From Sarea resinae (lineage: Eukaryota), in contig JAPEUD010000020.1 in the NCBI GenBank assembly GCA_026026165.1, positions 1-64,000 on the forward strand: a stretch of 64,000 bases of DNA, written 5' to 3'. Positions 49,541 through 63,609 of this stretch are shown piece by piece (position 1 is the stretch's first letter; each line of letters begins with the position of its first letter). The position numbers and the translations under genes were made by a program. Under the pieces are notes generated by a model, which made no database searches, had not been told where the DNA came from, and worked only from the letters and a program-made list of their open reading frames with translations.

Positions 49541-52500
49541 ATGTTCTCCACAATTTCCATCGCCAGCCTGGCTGCTTCGATATTATCGGTGACCGCTGTT
49601 TCTGCTTTTTCCTCTTCAGCTAACACCAACTTGGCTGTCTACTGGGTAAGCATTCATGATCATGCCGATACCAAACGTCGGCTTAATGCTGTTTTTCTAG
49701 GGGCAAGGTGCATATCAAGAACGACTGAGCTACTACTGCGAGAAATCCTCAATTGACATTATTCCCGTTGGATTTGTGAATGTCTTCCCAGACGACGGTC
49801 CCGGCGGATATCCAGGATCAAACTTCGGAAATGCATGTGGTGGCGGATACTATACCGCTCCCGACGGCACCGTCACCAGCTTCCTCTCCGACTGTTCTCA
49901 GATTGCCGAAGATATTCCCTACTGTCAATCCCTTGGCAAAAAGGTTCTCATCTCTCTAGGAGGTGCGTATCCTACGAACTACTACATCAAGGACGATGAG
50001 TCTGCTGTCGACTTTGCCGATTTCATGTGGGGATCCTTTGGACCATCGAATGCCAGCTGGACCGGTCCTCGCCCGTTCGGCGAAGCGGTAGTCGATGGTT
50101 TCGACTTCGATATCGAATCGGTTCTCACACCGGTGTCCGAAGAATCGAGTGGATATGCAGTCATGATTAATCGTCTTCGCTCTTTGTTTGCTCTCGACTC
50201 TGGCTCCTATTATATCTCTGGCGCCCCTCAATGCATTACCCCTGATGCCCATCTCGCTACCGCCATCGCGGACTCGTGGTTCGATTTCATTTTTGTGCAA
50301 TTCTATAACACTGCGACATGCTCAGCTCGAGCTCACTTTGATAGCAGCATTGGCGGTATGTTGACCCGAGATTCGTTTCATCGACGTTGTCTGACAGCTC
50401 TGCAGGCGACATCAGCTTCGACGCCTGGGTGAGCTTCGTGCAAAACTCGGCCAAGAACACTAACGCAAAGGTCTTCCTTGGTTTACCCGCCAGCTCAGAT
50501 GTAGACTATAATGACGCTTCAATCAACTACTACTTGACCGTCGAGGAGGCAACCACACTTGCCAATCTCTACCAGGCGAAGTACCCCTCGCAATTCGGTG
50601 GTATCATGCTATGGGATGCGGTCACCGGAGACCAGAATGTGGTCAACGGAACCTCATACACCGACAGCATGAAGGATATCCTCCTCGGAATCACGCCTGG
50701 AAGTCAAACTAGCAGCGCTGTCCCTACGGCGACGCCCACGAGCTCGAAAGCAAGCTCCAGCTCTTCGAGTATCGCCTCGACTTCTTCGACAGCATCTGCT
50801 TCCTCAACGTCTGCATCCAGCTTGGCCTTTGCATCCAGCTCCTCAACGTCTGACAGCTCCGCATCCGCTTCAAGTACCGCTGCAGCGTCCAGCTCATCTT
50901 CCTCTTCGCCTACCTCGGCGGCGGCGTCAAGTTCGGCTTCTGCTAGTTCCGCCGCTGCATCTAGCTCCGTTGCCTCTTCTAGCTTTTCCGCTGCATCTAG
51001 CACTGCTGTCGCGTCAAGCTCCACCGCAGCATCGAGTTCCACGGCTGCCTCAAGCTCAGCAGCCTCAAGCAGCTCCGCTGCCATCTCAGGCTCTGCAGTT
51101 GCATCAAGCTCTGTTGCTTCAAGCACCGCTGCCATCTCAAGCACCGCTGCAGCCTCGAGTCCCACCGCAGCTTCAAGCACTGCGGCTGCCTCAAGCTCTG
51201 CAGCCTTAAGCTCGGCTGCCTCAAGCACGGCTGCCTCGAGCACAGCCGCAAGCTCAAGCACTGCCGCCGCATCAAGCACAACTGCCAAATCAAGCAGCTC
51301 TGCCACCCTCTCAAGCTCTGCAGTTGCATCAAGTTCTGCAGTTGCGTCGAGCTCTGCTGCATCAACTGCTACCGTGCCAAGCTCTGCTGCTTCAAGCACT
51401 GCTGTTTCAAGCACCGCTGCTGCCTCAAGCACGGCCGTAGCCTCGAGTTCCACCGCAGCTTCAAACACTGCGGCTGCCTCAGGCTCTGCTGCCTCAGGAA
51501 CGGCCGCAGCCTCAAAATCTGCTTCGCCCTCAAGCTCTACAGTTGAATCAAGCTCTGTCGCTTCAAACACTACCATACCGAGCTCTGCCGCCTCTAGCAC
51601 GGCTGTCGCCTCGAACAGCTCTGCCTCTCCCTCAAGCTTTGGCGCCGCATCAAGCTCTGTTACCTCAAGTACCGCTGTCGCCTCAAGCACTGCTGCCCCC
51701 TCTAGCTCTGCTGCCGTCTCCAGCTCTGCTGCCGTCTCAAGCGCTGCTGCTCTATCAAGCTCTGGAGCTACCTCCAGCTCTGCAGCAGTGTCTAGCCTCG
51801 CTTCTTCAAGCTCTAAAATCCCTGCATCTATTGCCTCTAATTCTTCCGCAGCTGCTTCAAGCCTGACTACACTACCAAGCTCTGCTACGATTTTCAGTTC
51901 GGCAATTTCGAATTCTACTGTAGCTGCTTCAAGCTCCACTACACCGTCTAGGCCCTCTGCATCTTCTAGCTCTGCTTCCGCCTCAAGTACCGCTGCTGCA
52001 TCTAGTTCCATTGCTTCGTCCAGTCCAGCTGTCCTACCCAGCTCCGCCGCCGCCTCAAACACTGCTGGCGCAAGCTCTACTGGTGTCTCAAGCTCCGTCG
52101 GCTCATCAGGTCCCTCTGTGGTTTCAAGCTCTACGGCACCTTATCTGAACGTCACTTCGACACCTACAAGTGTTTCACCAGCGAGCAATACCGCTGGATC
52201 AGGTGGCACAGAAGCCGTTACGACTGTGATAACCAGTAAGTCCACAATCCTAAATCTCTGGAAGGGAAGTTACCGTTCTGACTCTCTTTCTCAGCCATTT
52301 ACACCGATGTCTGCCCGACTGGACTCACAACGCTCACAACCACATATACAACGACTACAGTTTCATCTGCTTCTTCAACTGGCCCATCTGTGCCTGAAGG
52401 ATGGACTACCACAGTGACAGTCTGCACTGCTTGTGGGCCAACGCCAACTACAGTCACATTGACAGTCCCATGCACTTCCGGTTCCGCTTCTGTTGCGCCT

Positions 52501-53443
52501 GCTCAGGCCACGTCTCCCGCGGTTACGAGTGCTCAGCAAACCACGGCTCCTGTCAGTGTGGCATCAGCAACAGGTGCAGCTTCAAGCACTCTCGATGTTG
52601 TGTACACAACAGTAATCACAAGTATGTTGTTTTTCAGCCTCGAAACACAAAGCTTTTGCTAAATGAAATATAGCTTCATATGTTGATATTTGCCCGACTG
52701 GATTCACCACCAAAACCACTTCTTTCTCGACCACAGTCAATCCTACTGGCACCGCAGCTTCAACCACCGGAGTTCCCGTAGGATGGACTACCACAGTCAC
52801 TGTCTGCAATCACTGCGCTTCTCTTCCAACTACTGTTACTCTTACCTTGCCTGTTTCTTCGACGGCCGCAGCGACTTATACTCCTTTGGCATCGTCTCCC
52901 GTCTCTACACCCAATGCTCCTGCAAATGGCCAAGGGTCCAATAACGTCCCCTCTGCTGGTCAAGCATCTGTTTCTCCAGTTGGAAAAGGATCTGCCGAGA
53001 CATCGGTTGCTCCAGCAGTTGGATCGTCTGGCGTCTATAGCAGCCAAGCCGCACCCGTGTATACCAGTGTTCTCACGTCAGCCCAGACATTGGTCACAGT
53101 CACAAAGTCGGGTCAAGCTTCTACGGAGACGATTACTTCAGTGACGGGTCCCATGACCGTGACAGTGAAGCCAATCCCCGTCGCATCGCCGTCCTCGAGC
53201 AGTGCTAGCTTCGTTGGCATCCCCAGCGTTGCCCCATACGGTGCCAAGAACTCGACCATATCCAGCGCCGGCCCGACTGCTCCGTCTGCCAGCAAGACAT
53301 CCACGATCAGGCCAAGCTCTCTGACGGGGAACAAGATCTCCCCAAGTAGCCCTGCTGCGTTCACGGGAGCAGCGAGCAAGTTGGGTGGTGCGAGTGCCCT
53401 GGGTGGCTTGATGATGCTCGTGGCGGCTGCTCTGTTATTGTAG
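49541..53443 (+). CDS. GH18 class III (Cts1/ChiA-like) chitinase with Ser/Ala-rich stalk and probable GPI anchor
   Basis: Signal peptide, AVYW|GQG, KKVLISLGGA, catalytic DGFDFDIE, APQC, FVQFYN and GGIMLWD. A ~500-aa Ser/Ala tract follows, then two CPTG..WTTTVTVC repeats and a hydrophobic C-terminus after AFTGAA. Confidence 0.93.
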
Positions 53444-53926
53444 ATATAGTGACCAAACAATCGGGGCCTTTTTCACGTGTCGATGATACTGATGTTCGAT
53501 TCTACAGTCTTAGATAGGAGACAAGATCTTTTGCCATATAATATATCTAATAGCCCCTTGCGAAGTGACCTGGATGATCCAATGTAGGATAGTTGACATT
53601 GTCTGCTGTTGTTCATTGGAATAATACTCCGAGTACATGTCGGAAACTCGCCAGGCCAGTTCAATCACGTGGCAGGGCTCGAGCTTACTAAGCCAATCCC
53701 TTGAGTCGCGCATTCGTCCCTGTCGGTCTTGGCACTTCGGCCGGCTTCTCTTCTCCAGATTCTACCTCTATATATATCCGAACCTCAATCTACACTGTGT
53801 ACAAAAACATCGCCATCCCACATCCAAGCTTCCATCACCCATATCTTGACTACCAGCCAAATTCCAACTCCGTCCATTTATAACATCCACCCACAAGCAA
53901 AGAAGATCTCCAAACAAATATCCAAC

Positions 53927-54934
53927 ATGCCTCGCCAACATCGCGGCGCTGCTGCCCCTCCCTCCCGTCCGACCGTTGCCCCAGCCCGGCCTCACGTCGC
54001 TCCTCCGCAACCACAGCAGTCGAGGGCCGCAAGTACCGCGGCTCACCCGCCCGCCGTGGCACCACATGCGCCGCCGCCAGCTGCTGCTCCCCCGGCTCAG
54101 GCCCCGGCTGCGTCTCAGGGCCCGGGCTTGTTCGGCCAGATGGCTAGCACTGCTGCGTGAGTGCCACCTTTTTTTTTCCAGTTTCCTGCTTTTCTGGGAA
54201 GGAGGAGGAATGTGAGCTGTTCCTGTTGTGAAGCTGGCATGGTGGGGAGGTAGTGGGGAGGTCGGGAGCGTGGAAGACAGAACATGGGAGATGGGGGTGA
54301 AAATCGAGAGCGGAGCAGAGAAAACCGCCATCTTTTCGGCGTAGTGGCGATGATTGCTCATCCTGCACCCTCTCATCTTCCCATACTCCACCTTCGACCT
54401 TTTCTTCCTCCAATCGCCCCTTTCGCCATCTTAGAGCCACAGCCAATCCTCCTACCTCTCCCCCACAGTCCTCGCACTCCTACTCCAGCTCTTGCTAATC
54501 CCCCTCCCATCAAACAGTGGTGTAGCAGTCGGATCCTCCATCGGCCACGCCATCGGCGGTTTCTTCGGCGGCGGCTCCAGCGCCCCTCCGGCCGAAGCCC
54601 CTCAAGCCGCCGCCCCCGCCCCGGCCGCCCCCACCACCAACGCGGCCGCCACCAGCGAGAACAACTGGGGCGCCCGCAGCTGCGAGACTGATGCCAAGAG
54701 CTTCACCAAGTGTCTCGACGAGAACCAGGGCAACATGCAAATCTGCGGCTGGTACCTCGAGCAACTCGTACGTTTTCTCTCTTGTCTTTGCTTTGCTTTT
54801 CTTTTCTCTCTTGGCGTGCATGTGAAAAGCGTGCTCTGGGATATCTATCATATGGTGAGATGGGTTTAGAGTCAGCGACTGACAACTATTTTCCATCACA
54901 GAAAGCGTGCCAGCAAGCTGCTAGCCAGTACTAG
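53927..54934 (+). CDS. MIX17: Mitochondrial intermembrane-space CHCH protein (Mix17/CHCHD2-like)
   Basis: GPGLFGQMASTAA|GVAVGSSIGHAIGG and twin CX9C: CETDAKSFTKC...CGWYLEQL|KAC. Confidence 0.92.
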
Positions 54935-55584
54935 GACGGCATGCCAATTGGGAGCAGAAAGATGGTCTGTTGACGATAAGAGGAGATTCTACTGAGGACG
55001 ATAACGTGTGGGGCGGTCCCGGTACTACCGACCGGGGCAGCGGAGAAAATCCCGAAAATGCATAGCGAGGCCGTTGTTACCATGATCATAGATAGCATCA
55101 AGACCCCAACCCCAACCCCCAACTATCAGGGTGTATAGTATACAGAAAGAACAAGTAAATAAAATTTCCATCTTTCACCACCACATCAGATCACCAGGAC
55201 CTCGTTTTCGTTCCGAGATTCACTTTCGGATCAGGGTTGAGATTAGATAGATACCTATGCCACGTGTTTTTTTTTTCTGGCTGGATCAAGTCCTCCACAC
55301 CATTGAGAAACGGATAAACCACCCAAGGAAGGTATCCTGCAATCGAATCATGAAAAAGCCCCCTCTCCACGTTTTCGCCAACCGGTCCTGAACCCCCTCC
55401 TCCCCTCCCTTGCTCGTGCATGCCCGGGCCGCACGCGCGCGCTCGCGCTGGAAACGCCCATCGAGAAGCATGCATGACAATGAGAGCCCGCTCGTAACGT
55501 AGTATAACCGCCAATAAACAAACAAAAGGGCACCCGACGGACGATGTTGCGAACCCACCAACCTCCCTACCGATCACAAACGAC

Positions 55585-55714
55585 TTAATCGTCCTTGTCA
55601 CCATGCCTCTCGTCATCGCTCTTTCTACTAGGCTCGAAGTTCAACTGTGGTGCTCGTCAGCTCGACCTGCCAAAAAACAAAAGGCTCTCAGGTGAGGTGA
55701 GGTGAGGTAAATGC

Positions 55715-55747
<33 letters not shown>

Positions 55748-57766
55748 CCTGCAACGTACGTACCTGGTTCCCATTGTAGAATTCCCGCGGCTCGTCGCGG
55801 CGTGCGTCGTCCTCGCTGTGCTGATCGTGCAGCATCCTGACCCGGACTCCAGACGAAGACGGCGCTGCTCTTCCATCCTCGCGCCGTCTCCTGGCCTCGT
55901 CGGCATCAGCAGAAGAAGAGGGATCTCGCTGATGTGCGGCGGCGGCGGGCCCTGAAGGCGTGGCCTGTCCACCACCACCACCGCCCAGTCCCAGGAACGT
56001 GCCCAAGCCACCTGCCACGTACCCGACGCTCGCGGACACGAGCCCATAGCCGCCGTAGACGCCTCGAGACACTAGACCAGAAATGCCTCCGCGCGCGTTC
56101 GCGTATGCATCGGTGGCGCCTTGGATGGGGGACATGATGAGGGTGGCGCTGGGGGTGAGGCCGAGAGAGGCGAGGGAGTCGGATTCTTCGGAGAGGGAGA
56201 TGGCGCGGGTGGGGTGCGGTGGGGCGAGGATTTGCTTGAGGGTGTAAGGTGGGGTGTTTGTGTTTGGCGGTGACGAGGATGCGAGGTGCGAGTCGATCCA
56301 GGGGCGGATGGTTGCGTTGATGGTGTCCGTTGAGGGGAAGCGGGAGCGGAGAGTGCTGCCATCGAAGAGACGGACTTGGATGGCGCAAGTTTTGCTGGAA
56401 GCTGATGCGGGAGGAGTGGTCTGATGTAATGCTGATGTGGTGGTGGGTGTTGTTGAAGTTTGCTCGCCTTCTTGCTGTTCCTTTTCGAGCCTTGCCTTCG
56501 CCCTTCGTCGCTCCTCTCTCTCCTTCCTCTCTGCCTTGTCATTCTCAACCAGCCTCAATATCCTCTCTCGCTCCTGTCTTGCTTCCGACTTTAGTTTGCG
56601 CTGCTCTTCTGCATATTTTCGGTTAGGAGCCTTTGATGATGATGAGCTTGATCCGGCTTTGGCTTGCGCCTCAGTTTCGGCACGCTTGGCTTTAGCTTTG
56701 ACGATGCGATCTGCCTTTTCTGCGGCTTCTCGCTTTTTCTTCTCGGCTTCGAGGCGGACTCCGCGTTCGGCGAGGAAAGATTGTACGGTTGCTGGGTCCG
56801 AGGGAGAGGGGATATTTGTACGTGGTTGGGATGTAGCAGCAGTGGTCTCAGGAGAAAGCTCGGGGGCGGGGGGAGGATCACTCAGAGGATCAGAAGTCAT
56901 TGACACAACCGGAGGATCTGGTATAATTGGGTTAATTGACGTATTTAGTGCACTTGAAGCAATCGTTGGAGTATTTGGAGCAGCTTGACTAGTTGGTATA
57001 GTCGGAACGGTTGGACTGATAGGGTCATGCGGAGCATTTGAAACATTCGAAGAATCTTCGGCTCGCATATCAGCTTGGCCGGCTTGAATAGGTGAGGCTC
57101 TTCTTGTAGCATCCAGAGTATCTGGAGCAGGTGAAGCACTTATAGCAGCTGGGGTCGTCGAGCTGGAGTGAGATGGAGCACTTGGAGCATCACGTAAGGC
57201 TTCGTTCAGTTGCGAGATAAACGCCTCCTTTGATATATCCCCTTTCAAGTGCGCCAGAATTTCGCCATTACTGAAGCGAGCAAGTCAGTAGAGAACCTCT
57301 GAGTAGGTGGAAGATGAGGACGGACTAGATGACAAGGAACGCCGGTACTGAGTCAATTGGACAAAAGGCAGACAGTTGGCCAGCCTCTGCAGAGCCGGCC
57401 TGGAAGCGCATATTTACAGCTTTATCCAAGAGCATGTCTAATATCTGTTGCGGGGGGATACGTCAGCTTTTGTGTTTAATAGAATGTGGTCGAAAGGTGG
57501 TACCGACTTCATCGTCCTGGATATAGTCATCTTGCCAGAGCGTACTCTTGGAACTGTCATCTACATCATACCACGATAATCAGCGTTCAAGATCAGTGAA
57601 GCAAGCAAGCAACGCCAGGGCGAGCGTGGGCACCTCGTATAAAGATGGCAACCGGCTGTTTGCGCTTCAAGGCTAGATGGATGCCGGCGGGGAGGTCCGT
57701 CGATATCAACTGCACAAATTCATCGTAACGGGAGCCTCTGACAATGTCGCCGAATGATGGAGGCAT
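55585..57766 (-). CDS. UBX-domain protein (Ubx7/UBXN4-like)
   Basis: Spliced thioredoxin-like N-terminus, a charged coiled coil (ERERILRLVENDKAERK), UBX domain CAIQVRLFDGSTLRSRFP..LGLTPSATLI, and C-terminal FYNGNQ|LNFEP. The start codon is inferred. Confidence 0.85.
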
Positions 57767-58048
57767 GAGTTTGGATTGCTATGAAAGCAAAGGAGATCGT
57801 GGTGTCGTTGCGCGGCTATTCAGTTCGATGTTTGTTTGATGTTGACAGCCGCGGAGCTTGGGTGCTGTGACCTCCAAATCAATCGATAGCCGGCGTCAGA
57901 GTTGCGCTTCGAGACGACATGCGCACCTGTAGCAGGAAACTGATCGTGGGCAATTCCGCTTCATGTTCATGCTCGTGTTCTTCCTCGACGTCAGTGACCT
58001 TCCATCGTCAACTTCAGCTTCGAAATCCCCTCCAGGTCAGAAAGCGCA

Positions 58049-59245
58049 ATGAGAGCCACGACGGCGTGTCTACGCCAGTTTGGCTCCTTGGCGGCGGCAG
58101 TCAAGCCGCAGCCTCAACGCTCCATCCTTCAAACCCTCCGAAGATCTTCACCATGTCCCCGATGCGGCCACTCCTCGCCCTCGCCCCTGCAGCGTCGTTT
58201 TGCCCACACCCCCGCCGAAGACCCGACGTTCACCTCCATTCTCGATAATCCGCCTCAGATCATGAGGGCCGGCGGCAAGAAGCATGGACCCGGGCTGATC
58301 ATCTTAGGTACATCTTTCTAATGGAGGATCCCGCCGAGAAGGAGAAGAGGCCATACGTGCTAATGGAGACACACCGCAGCTCTTATTCCCATTGCCGCCT
58401 TTGGTCTAGGATGTTGGCAGGTCCAGCGGCTGCACTGGAAGACCAATCTTATCGCCAAGTTCGAGGACCGTCTCTTGCGACCACCCCTCCCCCTCCCCCC
58501 CCACATCGACCCCGCCGCCATCGATGAATTCGATTACCGCCGTGTCTACGCCACAGGCCGTCTGCGGCATGACCAGGAGATGTTGGTGGGACCGCGCATG
58601 CATGATGGCAATGATGGATATCTGGTTGTTACGCCTTTGGAGAGAGAAGGAGAGGGGACTACGGTGTTGATCAATCGGGGGTGGATCCCCAAGGAAAGGA
58701 GGAAACAGGCTACGAGAAAGGAAGGGCTACCGACTGGCCCAGTAACGATTGAAGGGCTGCTGAGAGAGCCGTGGGAGAAGAACAGTTTCACCCCGGATAA
58801 CAAACCGGAATTCAAAGAGTTCTATTTTCCAGATGTGGAGCAGATGGCGAAGTTGACTGGAAGTCAGCCGGTTTGGATTGAGGAAACGATGGGTATGCTT
58901 GACTATGCCCGAGATGCTGATAACATGGAAATGCTAACGTAGGATGGCAGAGCCTAATTTGATTGAGGCCTACGATAGAGAAGCAAAGGGTATCCCTATC
59001 GGCCGGCCAGCTGAAGTTAACTTAAGAAATCATCACGGCCAATACATTTTCACCTGGTGAGTGTAGCCTGCTTCACTTCAAGCGCCCAAACTCCCTCCCC
59101 ATCCGTGAATATACCAGTACGCCTTTGCTGACACATTCGTACCAGGTATGCACTGTCTGCCATCACAACGGTGATGATGTGGCTAGTAATTAAGAAGCCG
59201 CCTTCGGCCATGGCACGCCGGGTGCGTCACAACACCCAGTGGTAG
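58049..59245 (+). CDS. SHY1: SURF1/Shy1 cytochrome c oxidase assembly factor
   Basis: FGLGCWQVQRLHWK, EFDYRRV, GYLVVTPL, VLINRGWIP and LRNHHGQYIFTW|YALS. Confidence 0.95.
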
Positions 59246-59254
59246 ACAGCATAG

Positions 59255-61159
59255 TCATCCCTCGTCATCATCGTCATCATCGTCAACTTCATCTTCCTCA
59301 TCATCTTCCTCTACAGCGGATAATCTCGTTCGACCCCGTTGTTGTACTCGTACCCTCTTGGCAGGCGGGGGCATCCTGATATCCTGAAGCAATTCTCTGG
59401 GCAAGTACCTCTGTGCTAGGGAAAATGGCGTTGTGGTGGCATTGATTTGCCGTTGCCTAAGAAATACATTGTCACACATGTCAGCTCTGGGACAGCAGAA
59501 GCATGTACATATAATTTTTCGAGCAGCGCGTCGAATGTAGAATCAGTAAGGGAAAAGTCTCACCTCTTCATCAAGGTGATGATGTCATTTTCATCAATCG
59601 TCTTTCTGCCGGCATGCTCGGCGTATGTGCCTAGATCATCGCTAACCTGTTCGAAGAACCACTCCGTGGCTTGCTGGATGGCGCCTAGTGTCTCTTTATT
59701 GAGCTTCGGTTTTCCTTTGCCCGTAGACCGCGTGAAGGTTGTGGCGAGATTTTTTACGACGCCAGGAGGTAGGGACGGATAGGGTATTCCGTGGCGCGAT
59801 AATTTCAATTCTTTCTTTCTTCTGGTCCTTGCTGGGCCTTTGCCCTTTTGTGCCGCGGTGTGGATTTCGTTAGCTTCATGGTTTTGTCTTTCTTCTTCGT
59901 CCTCGCCTTCATCTCCTTCGACTTCGCGTGCGGGAGAGGAGGCATTCGCTTCATCTATTCCGGGAATCTGGAATGCGAATGTGCTTTCATCGTTGTAGTC
60001 CGTCAGCGGCTGGCGAATGTCACTCGGCCTGCTATGTCGTCTGTTGCCTTCAAGGAGAGTCGCCCGTAAATCTCGAGTATCTTCGCTGATGGCATATGAG
60101 CTAAATGCAATGCTGTGGGGTCAAAGCACGACTTACCCAGCCATTGTAACATCCTCGTAAAGGTCCTCGACATCGTCCATGCCTTGGGGTATCATGCTCT
60201 CATCAGCAATCTCGGACATGCCTCCTAGACCCAGTTCGGTCAGGTCGGCAAACCTGTCGCTGAACCTCACACTTCCGAAGCTTTCCCTCGAGAATCTCCC
60301 ATAAGCTTGTTCGCTGACGGCTCGTCTTGGTTGTTCAACTGACAGCTGCGTATGTCCCTCTTCGTCGATCGGTTCAGAGAGTTGCGGCGGAGGGCCGTAG
60401 AAGTCGTCGTCATCTTCGTCATCTTGTCCAATGGGAAGAGAAAATCTGGGGCGGGGTAGATCGGCATCGTTGTCAAGTCCATCCTCTGGCAAGACAGTCC
60501 TGCCCTTTGCTGACTGGGGAAGCGAAGGCTGCGGCGACGGCTCCGTTGGTTTTGAAGTACGCGCCAGAACTTGAATATAGATCAGTAAATCCCAAAGTAA
60601 CCTACGGAAGTTCCATCTTACTTCTACTAAGTCCCCTCAGTGCATCCCTCGGCGTCTCTCTCTGCATCCAACCGCTTCGACGTCTGTCTCGACCGGGAGT
60701 AAGAGCGGCAGCGCGACGCTGTTGAAGTGCTCGGATCGCATGAGGGGTTGTCGGAGGTCCACGTCTGCTAAGGACAGGGCGTAACTGGCCATCTATACGC
60801 GGTGTCCTTGACTGCGTTGCGGGCGTGCGTCGGACCGAGTGGCCAGCGGCCGGGCCTTCGCTCGAGGCGCGGAGATTCGGTGTTGGCTTTTGTATGAGGC
60901 CGGCAAGTTGACGAAGCTAAAATACCCAAATATCAGTCTATTGATGTTCTTGATCCTCTGAGAATTGACTCACATTGGAATATGGAGTCTCAATCCCCGC
61001 GTCTGTCGCGCTGTTACCGGCTGCAAATGACGTTCGTGGTGTGGCCATCGTTCGTGGTTTTGGCGTCTTCTTGGCTGAAGGCTCTTGTCCGGGTCTTCTG
61101 GATACGAGAGGCCGCATCCGCGGATTGCTGTGCGGCGGCCGTGGCGTGGATTCGGACAT
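59255..61159 (-). CDS. Kinetochore protein CENP-T (Cnp20/Cnn1-like), multi-exon
   Basis: Disordered N-terminus with TPHAIRALQQRR and RETPRDALRGLSR. C-terminal histone fold SRHGIPYPSLP..WFFEQVSDDLGTYAEHAGRKTIDENDIITLMKR|QR..LAQRYLPRELL. Confidence 0.87.
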
Positions 61160-61416
61160 GATGCTTTATCTTGACGACTCGATCCGGAGGGTGTCGCGTT
61201 TGACGGGAGGTGTTGAGGGCGACCAGATAAACATCGCGTCAAGATCTAATCTAATCTTTTGTTATCTAGAGTACGATTCGGGCGATCTAAAACTTCCCAG
61301 TCAACCTCTCGAATTTATCTCCAAACGGGTAAGCCCTGACCATTGGCGCTGCGCCAGCAATTGCTCTCTTGATTCACCAACACACAACTCTCCACCTTCC
61401 AGGCCTCTCGGAGATC

Positions 61417-62429
61417 ATGTCCGACTCAGAGGATCTCGAAACCGGTGTTCCTTTGCTGGAGAGCTCGCCTTCAGCAACACCAGAACCCTCAGCGAAAACA
61501 TCAACGAAGCGGAAGAGGGAGGATGGGACTGTTGTCGAGAGCAAGCGTGCTGCAAAGAAGAAGAAAAGCAAAAAGACCAAATATGAAGGCGATGCTGATT
61601 TGGACCTCGAGGCGGGGATCAATCATGCGATAGGGAAAATGGATGGTCGACTCCTGGCGGACTACGTCGCTCAACGCACCAAGCGCTTTGAAAGCGATCT
61701 CAGTCTCATGGAACTGGAGGAGAAATACTTGCCTGGTCAGTATCAAATTGTGTTTCGAAAATCCTTATTCGCAGTCGCTGAACAAGCTGCTCTCCAGAGA
61801 AATCGTTTCGGGATACCACAAAGTGGGATAAACCCCGGAATCTAGAAAATCTGCCAGATTTTCTCCAACACTTTGCTTCAACTCAAGCACGGACGAAACA
61901 GCTCGATTCTACACCCAAGGCCGCAGGCAGTCCTCATACTATTGTTGTTACTGGTGCAGGTCTCAGAGCCGCAGATCTTACGAGGTAAGATGTTCTATAG
62001 CATCTACAGAGCAATCCTTAGGCCTGACATTTGTAGATCCCTTCGCAAGTTTCAGACCAAGGAATCTACGGTCGCCAAACTATTTGCCAAGCATATCAAA
62101 TTGAAGGATGCCATAGAATTTGTGAAGAAGACCAAGTTTGGCATCGCGGTTGGAACTCCTGCACGGTTGACGGATCTTGTTCAAGCTGGTGAGTCCTGCA
62201 CTTTCAATCATCCCATCGAGTCCGTTTTACCATTCTAACAGATGTAGGAGCCCTATCACTCGACAAAGTGCACCGAATAATGGTGGACAGTTCTCATATT
62301 GATCAGAAAAAGAGAGGAATTCTCGACATGAAGGAAACGCAGATTCCTCTGATAGGGTTTCTCAATCTGAAGGGGCTGAAGGATCGTTACGGCCAAGACA
62401 GTAGGGGTGTTGATCTATTGTTTTACTGA
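61417..62429 (+). CDS. CMS1: Cms1-like U3-containing 90S pre-ribosome factor
   Basis: LLADYVAQR..LSLMELEE, GSPHTIVVTGAGLRAADLTR, VAKLFAKHIKL, IAVGTPARL and DSSHIDQKKRGILDMKET. Confidence 0.88.
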
Positions 62430-62917
62430 TGGGCACGCAAGCAATTGTAATGCCCAATGAAATCGGAACGTCAGCGAAAAAGGAAAATTACTGTTTCAGG
62501 CGCATTGTTCAACTGGCCGTGCTTTTATTGCTGTTGATAGACAGGGCGGCTCATGAGGTAGTAAGCGGGTCTTCATATATGTTTGCACCGGCTCAACGGC
62601 AATTGCATGAGTTCTGAAATGCGCACCTGCTCGAACTTTCGGATGACGCTTTCACTGTGAATTGGAAGCAGCCACTATGAGGATTGCACTGTCGTTTCCT
62701 GCGAGATGAATCGACTCTTCCATCTCTACGCGAACCCTCCCACTACCTGACCGTTGACCTCTTTCGTTCCATATCTACCTCTGGGACCTCAACTTGGCCA
62801 ACCAAACCACTGCCCACAGCAAATTCAACAGTCACTCGTTTCAACAGTCCTTTCAGTCCCTCTGCGTGCTCAATTAATCTCTTGTCTTTCTTCGGTCTTT
62901 GTCCTTTGTCCTTCGCC

Positions 62918-63609
62918 ATGAAGCTTCAGGCAATCTTTCTTCTCGCTGCCTTCGGGTCATCAGAGGTCCTTGCTGAAGGCGCCGGATTCAAAGTTCCTAG
63001 TAGGTCGCCCATGACTCTGCAGTCAAGCATTGGTCAGCCTTCTGACTCATCTGCTGCAGACTGCGTTTCGAAGTGCTGGGAGAACTCCAAGTTCATCACT
63101 GCTTGTCCCGACGAGATAAAATGCTTGTGTGAAGACGTTGAATTCCAAGCCGTATGTCTCAGACCTCGGGCACATCTCTCTACAACACGGCAATTGACAG
63201 GAAGCTGACAAGCTGACACGCTCCGTAGGCTTTCCACCAGTGCCTCTACTCCCAGTGCCAGACGGCTCAATTTGGCTCTGCTCTACATACAGCTCTCATG
63301 AGATGCTCAGAGTATGACGTCGACGGCTCTATCTCTTCGCACTTTCTCCGTCAAGACCTCCGCAAGCGCGACGCCCCAGACGCTCAATACATTTCTGGTC
63401 TGGGCCAGCCATCAGCCGTCTATTCGGTCCACCGCCGTGGCAGTGTGTCTGCCTCAGCCTACGCTCGTCCTACTATGGCAGAGCGCGCCGACTATGGCCC
63501 ATATGGCGGGATGGATCAAGCTACGACTACTGCCGCTCCGTCTAGTCTCATTTCTCAGTATGAGTATGGAACTTCGGAACCTGTGTTGAATCCAGCTGTT
63601 CGCCATTGA
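62918..63609 (+). CDS. Secreted CFEM-domain protein, 2 exons
   Basis: Signal peptide MKLQAIFLLAAF. An eight-Cys pattern spans the intron: CVSKC..C..KCLC..|..CLYSQC..C. Confidence 0.75.

Noticed and set aside
50704..52062. 452-aa antisense ORF rich in ELEAAAV
   Set aside because: Shadow of the Ser/Ala repeat of the chitinase on the opposite strand.
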